Of a stretch of DNA of 64,000 nucleotides, positions 47,806 through 56,177 are shown in pieces. Where the stretch lies: contig JAKFCY010000002.1 in assembly GCA_036676395.1 (NCBI GenBank), forward strand, positions 2,624,001 to 2,688,000, given 5' to 3'. Origin of the DNA: Bdellovibrio sp. GTDB lineage: Bacteria > Bdellovibrionota > Bdellovibrionia > Bdellovibrionales > Bdellovibrionaceae. How positions within the stretch are numbered: position 1 is the first letter of the stretch; each line of letters starts with the position of its first letter. The position numbers were made by a program, and so were the translations under genes. The notes under the pieces were generated by a model, which was not told where the DNA came from, did no database searches, and saw only the letters and a list, made by a program, of their open reading frames with translations.

Positions 47806-47926
47806 AGAATCCTCATCAATTAATATCATATTTATTTCGGTGCTATTCGTCAGCCAATTTCTTTTTAGCTCTAGGCAAATAGTGACTTTGCAGGCACAGT
47901 ATTTATAAAGGATTGTGGAACAATAC

Positions 47927-48607
47927 ATGACCATTCGCTCTATAGCTTTTGATTTAGATGACACCTTACTGGACACCACGGGATTACTGGTACCCCAGGC
48001 CTCGCAGGATGCATTTCAGATCCTGATCGATGCAGGACTTCGTCTAGATTTAAAAACCTGCGAAGAACAGCGGCTAGCTTTAATTCGGACAATTTCGCAT
48101 AAAGATGTCTTTAAAAAATTAGCGCATGAACATGGCACAGCCGCTACACAAGCCGCTGTTGAACTTGCTAACCGGGCTTTCTATCATCCGCGCCTTCCTG
48201 AAAAGTTAGATCTTTTACCAGGAGCCTTAGCTAACCTTGATGTTTTAAGCAAAAAATATAATCTGTATTTAGTCACAGCAGGTTTTCAAGATGCCCAAAC
48301 GGCAAAAATAAAAAGTCTAGGCATTGCCAATTATTTTAAAAAAATCTTTGTGGTTAATAGTTTAATTGCAGAAAAAAAGTTTACCGCTTTTAAAATGATT
48401 TTAAATGATGAAAATATTAAACCCGATGAATTACTTTGTATTGGCAACTCACTGGCTTCAGAAATAAAAGATGCCCGCCAAATTGGCGCTTGGGCTTGTT
48501 ATTTTGAATTTGGCGAAGACCGCGGAGCGGTTCCTAAAGAGCCCGAATTTCAACCGCACTTTCATGTTAAAACTCATCAGGAGCTTATCGCCGCATGCCA
48601 ACTTTAG
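47927..48607 (+). CDS. HAD-family hydrolase
   Basis: FDLDDTLLD motif I; IGNSLASEI motif IV variant. Confidence 0.88.
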   Translation: MTIRSIAFDLDDTLLDTTGLLVPQASQDAFQILIDAGLRLDLKTCEEQRLALIRTISHKDVFKKLAHEHGTAATQAAVELANRAFYHPRLPEKLDLLPGALANLDVLSKKYNLYLVTAGFQDAQTAKIKSLGIANYFKKIFVVNSLIAEKKFTAFKMILNDENIKPDELLCIGNSLASEIKDARQIGAWACYFEFGEDRGAVPKEPEFQPHFHVKTHQELIAACQL

Positions 48608-50403
48608 AGTGTCGTGTTGCAGTCGCATCGCCGAATCACACACTCGATGGTTTAATCCAAGATGGCTTCGCTTACTCATTGTTAGATTCGCCTTATTTAA
48701 AATCGGCCGATCACAAAGTCTTTACTGATATTTTAATTGTGGGCCATAACCAGTTGCCAGAACTTGCAAAAATGCGCGCACAAATTCAATTTAATTATTG
48801 TTATCTTACTTTTGATGATGCGGAAAATGAAATTCCTGCTGATTTATATAATCTGTTTAAACCTGATCAAATTTTACTAGCCGTCGATCTGACCGAAAAA
48901 GTTGTTTTTAACCAATTAGAAAATCTTGATCAAAAAAGACAAGACGAAGCCAAAAAACGTTTAACGTCTGAATTAATCGACCAAGATCAACAGACTAAGG
49001 CCACTTTGCGCCAACAAATTTTTCAGGATCAACAAGAGCTGATTGATCGCCGGCAAAAGATCTTAGAAGTGAACAACCGTATCGAATCGTTGCGTAAAAT
49101 TTTATTCAGCTTATCTGAAGAAAATGATGTCACTCGTATCGAAACACTTTTAAACGAGCTGTTACCACAGGCGACAGCCGCGACATGGATTAAAATTATT
49201 CCTGATTACCTAGCCGAAAACTTTGAAAAAGACTTACAAGCTCAGTTGCCAAACTTTTTCGCTAAAAAACAGTGTTCGAATTATTTTATTTATTTCATGA
49301 AGGGCAATAACCGCCCGTTTCGCAGTTCTGATAATGAAATGTTTGGCAAAGTTTCAGATGCCTTGCATTTTAATTTGTTAAAGGCAGCTTCGTTAAGCCA
49401 ACAACAGCACTTAGAAAAAATTGTCTCTACGGCCTTTAACTCTACGGCTTACCCGCTATTAGTTGTTGATAAAGAATATAATGTTTTAGAATCAAATAAA
49501 GCCTTTCATAGATATCCTGCAGCCACTGACAATCCTAAGTGCTATCAGGTGATGTTTAACCGCGAATCACCGTGTGTGGACTGCAAATTTGGCACTAATT
49601 TTCAGGTGCAGAATCAAAATGAAAACAGCACTACCTATCATAATGTGCAATCACAGCGCCTAGCAGGCTATGAAGACCGCAACAGCCACTGGGTGCATTT
49701 CTATGTTGATATCACCGAAGATAAAATGCTTGAACAGCGTCTAAGCCAGACGGCTAAAATGAAAGAACTTGGATTAATTTCAAGCTCTATCGCCCATGAA
49801 TTAAATAACCCACTGGGTGGAATTATTTCATATATTCAGATCCTGCAAATGGAACTGGCTAAAGACCACTATCTGCACGGCGAATTAAAAGATATGAATA
49901 TGGCTGCCCAGCGCATGAAGCAGATTATCGAAAACCTATTAATCTTTTCGCGCAGACCGGGCACGCAGGAAAAAGAAACAATTTTATTAAAAGATTTATT
50001 AACCGAATCGCTAAAGATGAATGAATTGTCTTTTAAAATCGAAAATATCAAAGTTGTTCAGCAGTTAGAACAGCTGGTTGATGCCATCACTGTCACCCGT
50101 TCGAACTTTCGTGATTCGCTCAATTTAATTTTTAACTTTTTTATTGAAGGCCTAAGACGGGTGCGTTTACAGAAGAATACGCAGACAGGTCTGATCGAGG
50201 TCAAATTTTCCCAAGACCAAATCAACTTCTATTTAGACCTGCAATCCAATATAGGCCCGCTTAACGATGAACAAAAAAACAAGAATATTTACTTCTTAGT
50301 GATTCATAAGTCCTTAATAGATCAAGGTTTTCAAGTTGAATTAACCGAACCCAATGCCTCGTGGGTCGCCATGCGCATGACTTTACCGAAGGCTAGCTCT
50401 TAA
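48595..50403 (+). CDS. PAS-containing sensor histidine kinase-like protein with a degenerate ATPase domain
   Basis: H-box IAHELNNPLGGI; PAS-like region with CY...C..C; no recognisable N/G1/G2 boxes. Confidence 0.78.
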   Translation: MPTLECRVAVASPNHTLDGLIQDGFAYSLLDSPYLKSADHKVFTDILIVGHNQLPELAKMRAQIQFNYCYLTFDDAENEIPADLYNLFKPDQILLAVDLTEKVVFNQLENLDQKRQDEAKKRLTSELIDQDQQTKATLRQQIFQDQQELIDRRQKILEVNNRIESLRKILFSLSEENDVTRIETLLNELLPQATAATWIKIIPDYLAENFEKDLQAQLPNFFAKKQCSNYFIYFMKGNNRPFRSSDNEMFGKVSDALHFNLLKAASLSQQQHLEKIVSTAFNSTAYPLLVVDKEYNVLESNKAFHRYPAATDNPKCYQVMFNRESPCVDCKFGTNFQVQNQNENSTTYHNVQSQRLAGYEDRNSHWVHFYVDITEDKMLEQRLSQTAKMKELGLISSSIAHELNNPLGGIISYIQILQMELAKDHYLHGELKDMNMAAQRMKQIIENLLIFSRRPGTQEKETILLKDLLTESLKMNELSFKIENIKVVQQLEQLVDAITVTRSNFRDSLNLIFNFFIEGLRRVRLQKNTQTGLIEVKFSQDQINFYLDLQSNIGPLNDEQKNKNIYFLVIHKSLIDQGFQVELTEPNASWVAMRMTLPKASS

Positions 50404-50473
50404 TAAATTTGCACAAAATTTAGCATCAAGACTCGGCCATCCAAAGTCCTGAAATGCAGTCTGGGCCTACGTT

Positions 50474-50495
50474 TTTTTGACACCTCCGTCAAAAA
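50474..50495. promoter_or_regulatory. Operator-like inverted repeat upstream of the sigma54 regulator
   Basis: TTTTTGAC-acctcc-GTCAAAAA. Confidence 0.55.
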
Positions 50496-50561
50496 TTAGA
50501 TTAGGATAATTTAGTAGATCAAGATGATCTTACCCCTGAGAACCTCCACGGAAGGAAGTTT

Positions 50562-51977
50562 ATGAAGAATAGCCGAGTATTGATCTTAGATGATGAATCA
50601 ACACTAAGAACCGCTCTATTCCGCTTACTTGATCGCAAAGGTCACAACGTAGTGACTGCCCATCGTATCGATGAAGCGAAAAACTTCTGTGCTCCCGATA
50701 AAAAATTCGACCTAGCTATCGTAGATATGAATTTACCGGATGGCGATGGTATGGAATTCATGACTTTCTTAAAACAATTATATCCTGAAATTCAAGTGAT
50801 CATCTTAACGGGCTTTGGAACTATTGATACGGCTATTAAAGCCACGCAACAAGGGGCTTATCACTTTTTAACCAAGCCTTTCAATGTTGAAGAACTTATC
50901 AGCCTTGTGGATAAAGCTTTAGATCATAAGACTCTTCAGACTGAAAACATCCAGTTACGCCAAGAATTAACTTCTAAATACAAATTCAGCCAAATCATCG
51001 GTGAAAGCGAAAGCATTAAATCTTGTCTTTCACTAGTTGAACGCGTTGCTGATTCTGATTCTACGGTTTTAGTTCAAGGTGAGTCTGGAACTGGTAAAGA
51101 ATTAATCGCCCGTGCGATTCATTACAATTCTCCAAGAGCAAAAGGCCCATTCATCGCGATTAACTGCGGCGCTATCCCTTCCGAATTATTAGAATCTGAA
51201 TTATTTGGCCACGTAAAAGGAGCTTTTACCGGCGCTATCGCCAATCGCGCAGGGCGATTTGAATTAGCTGACGATGGCACTTTATTTTTAGATGAAATTG
51301 GTGATCTTGAACCTAGCTTACAAGTTAAAATCTTACGCGCTTTACAAGAAAAGAAATTTGAACCAGTTGGTTCAACAAAAACGATCTCGGTAAATGTGCG
51401 TGTTATCACCGCGACCAACGTTGATTTAGAACGCGCGGTTGAAGAAGGTAAGTTCAGAGAAGATCTTTATTACCGTTTAAATGTTATTCCGATTCAAATT
51501 CCTGCATTAAGAGAACGTAAAACAGATATCCCGTTACTTTTAAATCACTTTTTAACTTCATTTAATAAAAATAAAGCCAAATCAATCTCTGGATTTTCTC
51601 CTGAAGCGATGACCTGCTTAGTGAATTACGCTTGGCCTGGTAATATTCGTGAATTAGAAAACTTAGTTGAACGTTTAAGTATTTTAAAAGGCACTGGCGA
51701 AGTTGCTCCGCAAGACTTACCTGCAAAGTATAAATCAGCTGCTGCTTGTTATGCTGAAACCGGATCAATTGATATTCCTGAAGAAGGATTAGATTTTAAC
51801 AATGCTGTTGATCAGTTTGAAAATGCTTTAATCATTAAAGCATTAGAAAAAACTGGCTGGAATAAAAACCAGGCGGCGATGTTACTAAGATTAAATCGCA
51901 CGACGCTGGTTGAAAAAATGAAGAAAAAAGGCCTACGCTCATCAAATGATACCAGCGAACTTGAGATCAATGCTTAA
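50562..51977 (+). CDS. sigma54-dependent response regulator (NtrC family, FleQ/FlrA-like HTH)
   Basis: REC domain, GESGTGKE, GAFTGA, WPGNIRELEN and HTH LRLNRTTLVEKMKK. Confidence 0.93.
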   Translation: MKNSRVLILDDESTLRTALFRLLDRKGHNVVTAHRIDEAKNFCAPDKKFDLAIVDMNLPDGDGMEFMTFLKQLYPEIQVIILTGFGTIDTAIKATQQGAYHFLTKPFNVEELISLVDKALDHKTLQTENIQLRQELTSKYKFSQIIGESESIKSCLSLVERVADSDSTVLVQGESGTGKELIARAIHYNSPRAKGPFIAINCGAIPSELLESELFGHVKGAFTGAIANRAGRFELADDGTLFLDEIGDLEPSLQVKILRALQEKKFEPVGSTKTISVNVRVITATNVDLERAVEEGKFREDLYYRLNVIPIQIPALRERKTDIPLLLNHFLTSFNKNKAKSISGFSPEAMTCLVNYAWPGNIRELENLVERLSILKGTGEVAPQDLPAKYKSAAACYAETGSIDIPEEGLDFNNAVDQFENALIIKALEKTGWNKNQAAMLLRLNRTTLVEKMKKKGLRSSNDTSELEINA

Positions 51978-51983
51978 TTAGCA

Positions 51984-53729
51984 ATGGTTTATCAAAGTAA
52001 ATTTATCATTACCACAAAGCTTCCGTTAGACCGTCTATGGGCGGTTTTATCTGATACTTCACGCATGAATAAAGCTATGGGATTACAGCCTCGCGAAGAC
52101 GTTGAGGTGAATGGTTCGCGCATCGTGCGCGCCAAAATGCTTGGCCAAGAGCAAGAATGGCTAGAACTTCCGTGGATTTGGATTATCAATAAAGAAATCA
52201 TCCATGAACGCCACTACAAAAAAGGTTTGATGCACAAACAGATTGGCGTGTTTCGAATTTTGCCAGAAAAAACTTCTGCAGGCTTAACCCAGGTTGAAAT
52301 TAATTTTACGTGGTACGGAAATTTTATTCTGCGGTTTATTATCGGGCCCGGGGCTTCTAATTTTTTTAAAAAAGAAATGCCCGCTTACCTGCAAGCCCAA
52401 GAAAATATATTTTTTGCGAATGCCCAGGCGATCAATACATCACTGACTCCTCTGCGCAGGCTAAGTGACGGTGATAAAAACTTTAAGACGCAAATACTGG
52501 CTGAAGTAAATTCATCGCAACCGGCAAAGCTAAAGCTCGTTTTACAAAACTTAATTGCCAGTGATTCTTTAGATATTCATAAGATCAATCCTAAAAAAAT
52601 CGCGACCCAAACTGGCTTAAGCTTAAATGATGTTGTCGAACAACTTACCCTTTTAACCCATAAAGGCTATCTGGCTTTAACCTGGGATGTCGTCTGCCCA
52701 CACTGTCGTGGCCCACAAGTTGAAAGTTCACAACTGCGGGCTATTAAAAACAGCGCGAAATGCGGGCCTTGTGATCTTGAATTTTCAGTTCAAGATGAAC
52801 GTTCACTTGAAGTAAGCTTTAAACCTCAATCTAAATTTCGTGAAGTCGGAAGCGTTAATTATTGTGCCGCAGAGCCCGCAAAGAAAACGCATATTCTGAT
52901 CAACTGGCTAGTAGCTAAAAACGAAACTTTTACGACAAGCCTAAATTTAAAACCGGGCACTTACCGCGCCCGCACTCTGCATGGCAAAAAATCATGTGAA
53001 GTTACCGTGAACGCCAGCCAATTGCCTTCGCAAAATGTCAGTGTTGATTTTAGCAAATCTCAGATTCAAATAGCTTCAGGAGATATTTCTTTATCATATA
53101 AGGCCGAAGCCGAAGATTATTTCGTTTTTGAAAGTTTACCCTGGAGTGCAGAAAAATTTTTAGCCGGTGAAGCTTTAAGTAATACGCATATTCGTACGCT
53201 ATTAAACGATGACTTACTTCGTAGCGGTGTAAAATTAGAAATCGGCGAACAAATTATTTTATTTACTGACATTGTTGGCTCTACGCCCATGTATCGTAAG
53301 CTTGGTGATAGCAAAGCGTTCGTAGCGGTTCAAGATCACTACGCCATTATCGAAACCATTATTAAAAATAATTCAGGTGTGGTGGTTAAGTTTATCGGTG
53401 ATGCGGTTATGGCGGCATTTACTGATGCAGGGTTAGCTTTTAAAGCTAATGATGAGATTCATCAGGCTTTTAAAAATAATAAAGACGCTTTAGTGCTACG
53501 AACATCATTTCATATTGGCCAAATTTTATGTGTAAATTTAAATGTCGGTCTTGATTACTTTGGGCAGACCGTAAACACAGCGGCTAAACTTCAGGGATGG
53601 GCAGATGGCTTCGAAACCGCTGTGTCTGAACAAACGTTATCTCGAGTACCGAAAAATCAACGTTTGCAGCTTTCAATCAAACGAACTGGCTTTGATGAGA
53701 AGCTTCAAGAAACTGTTCACGTCTACTAA
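51984..53729 (+). CDS. Class III adenylate/guanylate cyclase with SRPBCC-like and Cys-rich (DUF5939-like) N-terminal domains
   Basis: FTDIVGST, KFIGDAVMA and DYFGQTVNTAAKL motifs; WDVVCPHCRG...CGPC. Confidence 0.85.
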   Translation: MVYQSKFIITTKLPLDRLWAVLSDTSRMNKAMGLQPREDVEVNGSRIVRAKMLGQEQEWLELPWIWIINKEIIHERHYKKGLMHKQIGVFRILPEKTSAGLTQVEINFTWYGNFILRFIIGPGASNFFKKEMPAYLQAQENIFFANAQAINTSLTPLRRLSDGDKNFKTQILAEVNSSQPAKLKLVLQNLIASDSLDIHKINPKKIATQTGLSLNDVVEQLTLLTHKGYLALTWDVVCPHCRGPQVESSQLRAIKNSAKCGPCDLEFSVQDERSLEVSFKPQSKFREVGSVNYCAAEPAKKTHILINWLVAKNETFTTSLNLKPGTYRARTLHGKKSCEVTVNASQLPSQNVSVDFSKSQIQIASGDISLSYKAEAEDYFVFESLPWSAEKFLAGEALSNTHIRTLLNDDLLRSGVKLEIGEQIILFTDIVGSTPMYRKLGDSKAFVAVQDHYAIIETIIKNNSGVVVKFIGDAVMAAFTDAGLAFKANDEIHQAFKNNKDALVLRTSFHIGQILCVNLNVGLDYFGQTVNTAAKLQGWADGFETAVSEQTLSRVPKNQRLQLSIKRTGFDEKLQETVHVY

Positions 53730-53824
53730 TTCAGAAGAAAGACTACACTTAACATGAGCTGTGTGAACCAAATGGCGATATTTAATTTCTGTGCGAAGCT
53801 TATTGTATCTTGACGTAGACCCAT
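53726..53824 (-). CDS. Unannotated 32-aa small hydrophobic protein MGLRQDTISFAQKLNIAIWFTQLMLSVVFLLN
   Basis: Translated by hand; GAGGGAG RBS 8 nt upstream; stop overlaps the convergent cyclase stop. Confidence 0.55.
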   Translation of the reverse strand: MGLRQDTISFAQKLNIAIWFTQLMLSVVFLLN

Positions 53825-53878
53825 AGTGTTTTCTCCCTCTTATTTACATATTACTTACATATATAAATAACGTGTAAG

Positions 53879-53907
53879 TTATCCACATGTCCACAGGCTT
53901 TTGCACA
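53879..53907 (+). promoter_or_regulatory. DnaA-box cluster
   Basis: TTATCCACA (53879), ATGTCCACA (53887) and TTTTGCACA (53899); also TGTTCCACA (54016); adjacent AT-rich tract 53840-53870. Confidence 0.6.
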
Positions 53908-54029
53908 AAGTTTCAGTTCTAGCTCTTTGACTAGACAGTTTTTTGCAACTTAGAAAAATTTGTTTGTTATCGCTCAAAATTTCTACAAAATTCGTGTTTT
54001 TCAGAGAGAATAAAGTGTTCCACACACCT

Positions 54030-54056
54030 TAAGTCCTGCGTCAATCCCGACGATAG
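54030..54056 (+). promoter_or_regulatory. Candidate sigma28 promoter of the vWA gene
   Basis: TAAG-N15-GACGATAG. Confidence 0.5.
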
Positions 54057-54089
54057 TTTAGTGCTTCGACTCTAACCTTTGGGGGAATT

Positions 54090-55625
54090 ATGAAAAAGAA
54101 TCATCAACATTATGTTACAAAAATTGTAGCAGCGATGATTTTACTAACATTTACTGCCTGTAAATCTCAGATGAGTTTTATTCCTGCAGCTTCTGCTGAT
54201 CCAACAGCACAAGATGATATGGGCGCCGTCACCGAGTTCTTTAAATTATCTGAATCAGAACAAACGATCACGCAAGAATCATTAGAAGAAAATCAAACCG
54301 CGATTTCTTTTCAAGTGCGTAAGCCTGATGGTTCATTAGCTCAGTCTTTAAATGCAAATGATCTATTGTTAATTGAAAGTCTGATTCCGGTAAATAAATT
54401 CAACTTAACTAAAAACAGTATGGAAACAAAAGAAACCGTAGATATCGCTTTTGTTGTCGATGTAACGGGTTCGATGTCAGCAACTATTGAATCTGCCAAG
54501 ATTCGTTTAATTAACTTCGTTAGACGTTCACGCGAAGCTGGTTACCATACGCGTATGTGTCTTGTGACGTTTGGTGATTACACCATTCGCCGTTGTGATA
54601 AATTCTATGATAATAACCCTGCTGACCCGTCAACAAATACACAAGTGGATGAATTGATTTCTGAAATCACTAAACTTAAAGCTTTAAAAGGTTCAAGTGA
54701 TCCAGGTGGTAAAGATTTAAATGAAAACCCAATGCGCGCTCTTATTGATACAGCGGCGGCTCCGTGGGCTACGAACAATCAACGTTTTGCGATTTTAATT
54801 ACTGATGATGGCTTTTTATATTCACCAGGCAATAGTGGCGCTGTCGGTAGCGGAGCTCCGAAATACACTGATGTCAAAACAGCTCTTGCTAGCTCAAAAG
54901 TAAAAGTGTTCGCAGCAACACCTTCGTTAGCCGGTTATAATAAAAATTTCGGCTCTGAAGCTGGTATCGTGGCATTAAGCCAAGGCGAATGGTTTAACTT
55001 TAACGATTTAATCTCAGGCGCGATCACTTTAGATACGATTTTAAATCGTATCTTAACTAACGTGAATACCACGTTTACGATTTCTTATGTGGCTGATAAA
55101 ATTCCGGGATTGAATCCGGCCTTATCGTTAGCATTGCGCGAATTTCAATTACAATTGCTTAATCCATTATTAGGTACGATTCAGTCATTACAATTTCAAA
55201 GTAATCTACCAAATGGCCGTGCTGATTATAAATCTGAATTTGGTCTATCTGGTAAAAAAATTAAAAAAGATTCTTTAAGAGTCATCGTCAATGGCTTAAC
55301 TGTCGTAAAAGGCTTTAAATTAACTAACGATGGTAAAATCAAATTTGATCAAGCCCCGCTGGCAGGTTCGGTAATAAAGGTTTCTTATATTTACGAAAAC
55401 TTAAAAGATGTGATCTCGTTAAAACCGATTGTATTAGGTCAGATCAACCCAACATCGGTTGTTATCTTATTAAACGGCGTTAAAGCGCGTGCTAAAGATT
55501 ACACCATCGAGAAAACCATTGAAGGCCGCTATGTGGTTAATCTGCAAGACAGTGCCTTAGATGACACAGACCCGTACAAAATTTTTGCCAACAATGGGTT
55601 ACACTTTGATATAAAATTCAAGTAA
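54090..55625 (+). CDS. von Willebrand factor A domain lipoprotein
   Basis: FTAC lipobox; DIAFVVDVTGSM MIDAS motif; AILITD. Confidence 0.87.
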   Translation: MKKNHQHYVTKIVAAMILLTFTACKSQMSFIPAASADPTAQDDMGAVTEFFKLSESEQTITQESLEENQTAISFQVRKPDGSLAQSLNANDLLLIESLIPVNKFNLTKNSMETKETVDIAFVVDVTGSMSATIESAKIRLINFVRRSREAGYHTRMCLVTFGDYTIRRCDKFYDNNPADPSTNTQVDELISEITKLKALKGSSDPGGKDLNENPMRALIDTAAAPWATNNQRFAILITDDGFLYSPGNSGAVGSGAPKYTDVKTALASSKVKVFAATPSLAGYNKNFGSEAGIVALSQGEWFNFNDLISGAITLDTILNRILTNVNTTFTISYVADKIPGLNPALSLALREFQLQLLNPLLGTIQSLQFQSNLPNGRADYKSEFGLSGKKIKKDSLRVIVNGLTVVKGFKLTNDGKIKFDQAPLAGSVIKVSYIYENLKDVISLKPIVLGQINPTSVVILLNGVKARAKDYTIEKTIEGRYVVNLQDSALDDTDPYKIFANNGLHFDIKFK

Positions 55626-55634
55626 TATGGTCCG

Positions 55635-56177
55635 GTGTTAAAAGCCGTACTCGTTGATCATCACGATTCATTTACCTTCAATATTAAAGCCTGGCTTAAG
55701 CCGCGCTTTAATATTTCTGTCGTCGATTGCAGCGAGGTTGATAAAATTAATGCCCTTGATTTCGATCTGGTGATTTTTTCTCCGGGGCCTAAAACTCCAA
55801 GCGATTATCCACTAAGTAAAAACTTTTTAAAAAGCTTACCTGCGAACAAACCTGTTTTAGGAATTTGTCTCGGCATGCAGATGATGAATGAAATTGAAAA
55901 CGGAACTGTGCAGGCCTATTACCCGCCTGTGCACGGTAAAACCAGCGCGCTGATGTCAGATAATAACAAGTTCAATAATATTCAGGTTGCCAGATATCAT
56001 TCGCTAAAATGCGACATGACTAACGCCTTTGATATTTTAGCCAGCAGTGAAACGATTCCAATGATCGTACGCCATAAAAATAAAAACTGGCTGGGTTTGC
56101 AGTTTCACCCAGAATCATTCTTAACTGAACAACCTGAACTCTTTTTGCAATCGGTGGTTGAACTATGCAACCGCTGA
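55635..56177 (+). CDS. pabA: Glutamine amidotransferase, PabA/TrpG family
   Basis: DHHDSFTFN, SPGP, LGICLGMQ, RYHSL and QFHPES motifs. Confidence 0.88.
   Translation: MLKAVLVDHHDSFTFNIKAWLKPRFNISVVDCSEVDKINALDFDLVIFSPGPKTPSDYPLSKNFLKSLPANKPVLGICLGMQMMNEIENGTVQAYYPPVHGKTSALMSDNNKFNNIQVARYHSLKCDMTNAFDILASSETIPMIVRHKNKNWLGLQFHPESFLTEQPELFLQSVVELCNR

Noticed and set aside
53840..54024. Chromosomal oriC
   Set aside because: Few boxes and none of the usual origin-linked genes; kept only as a DnaA-box cluster
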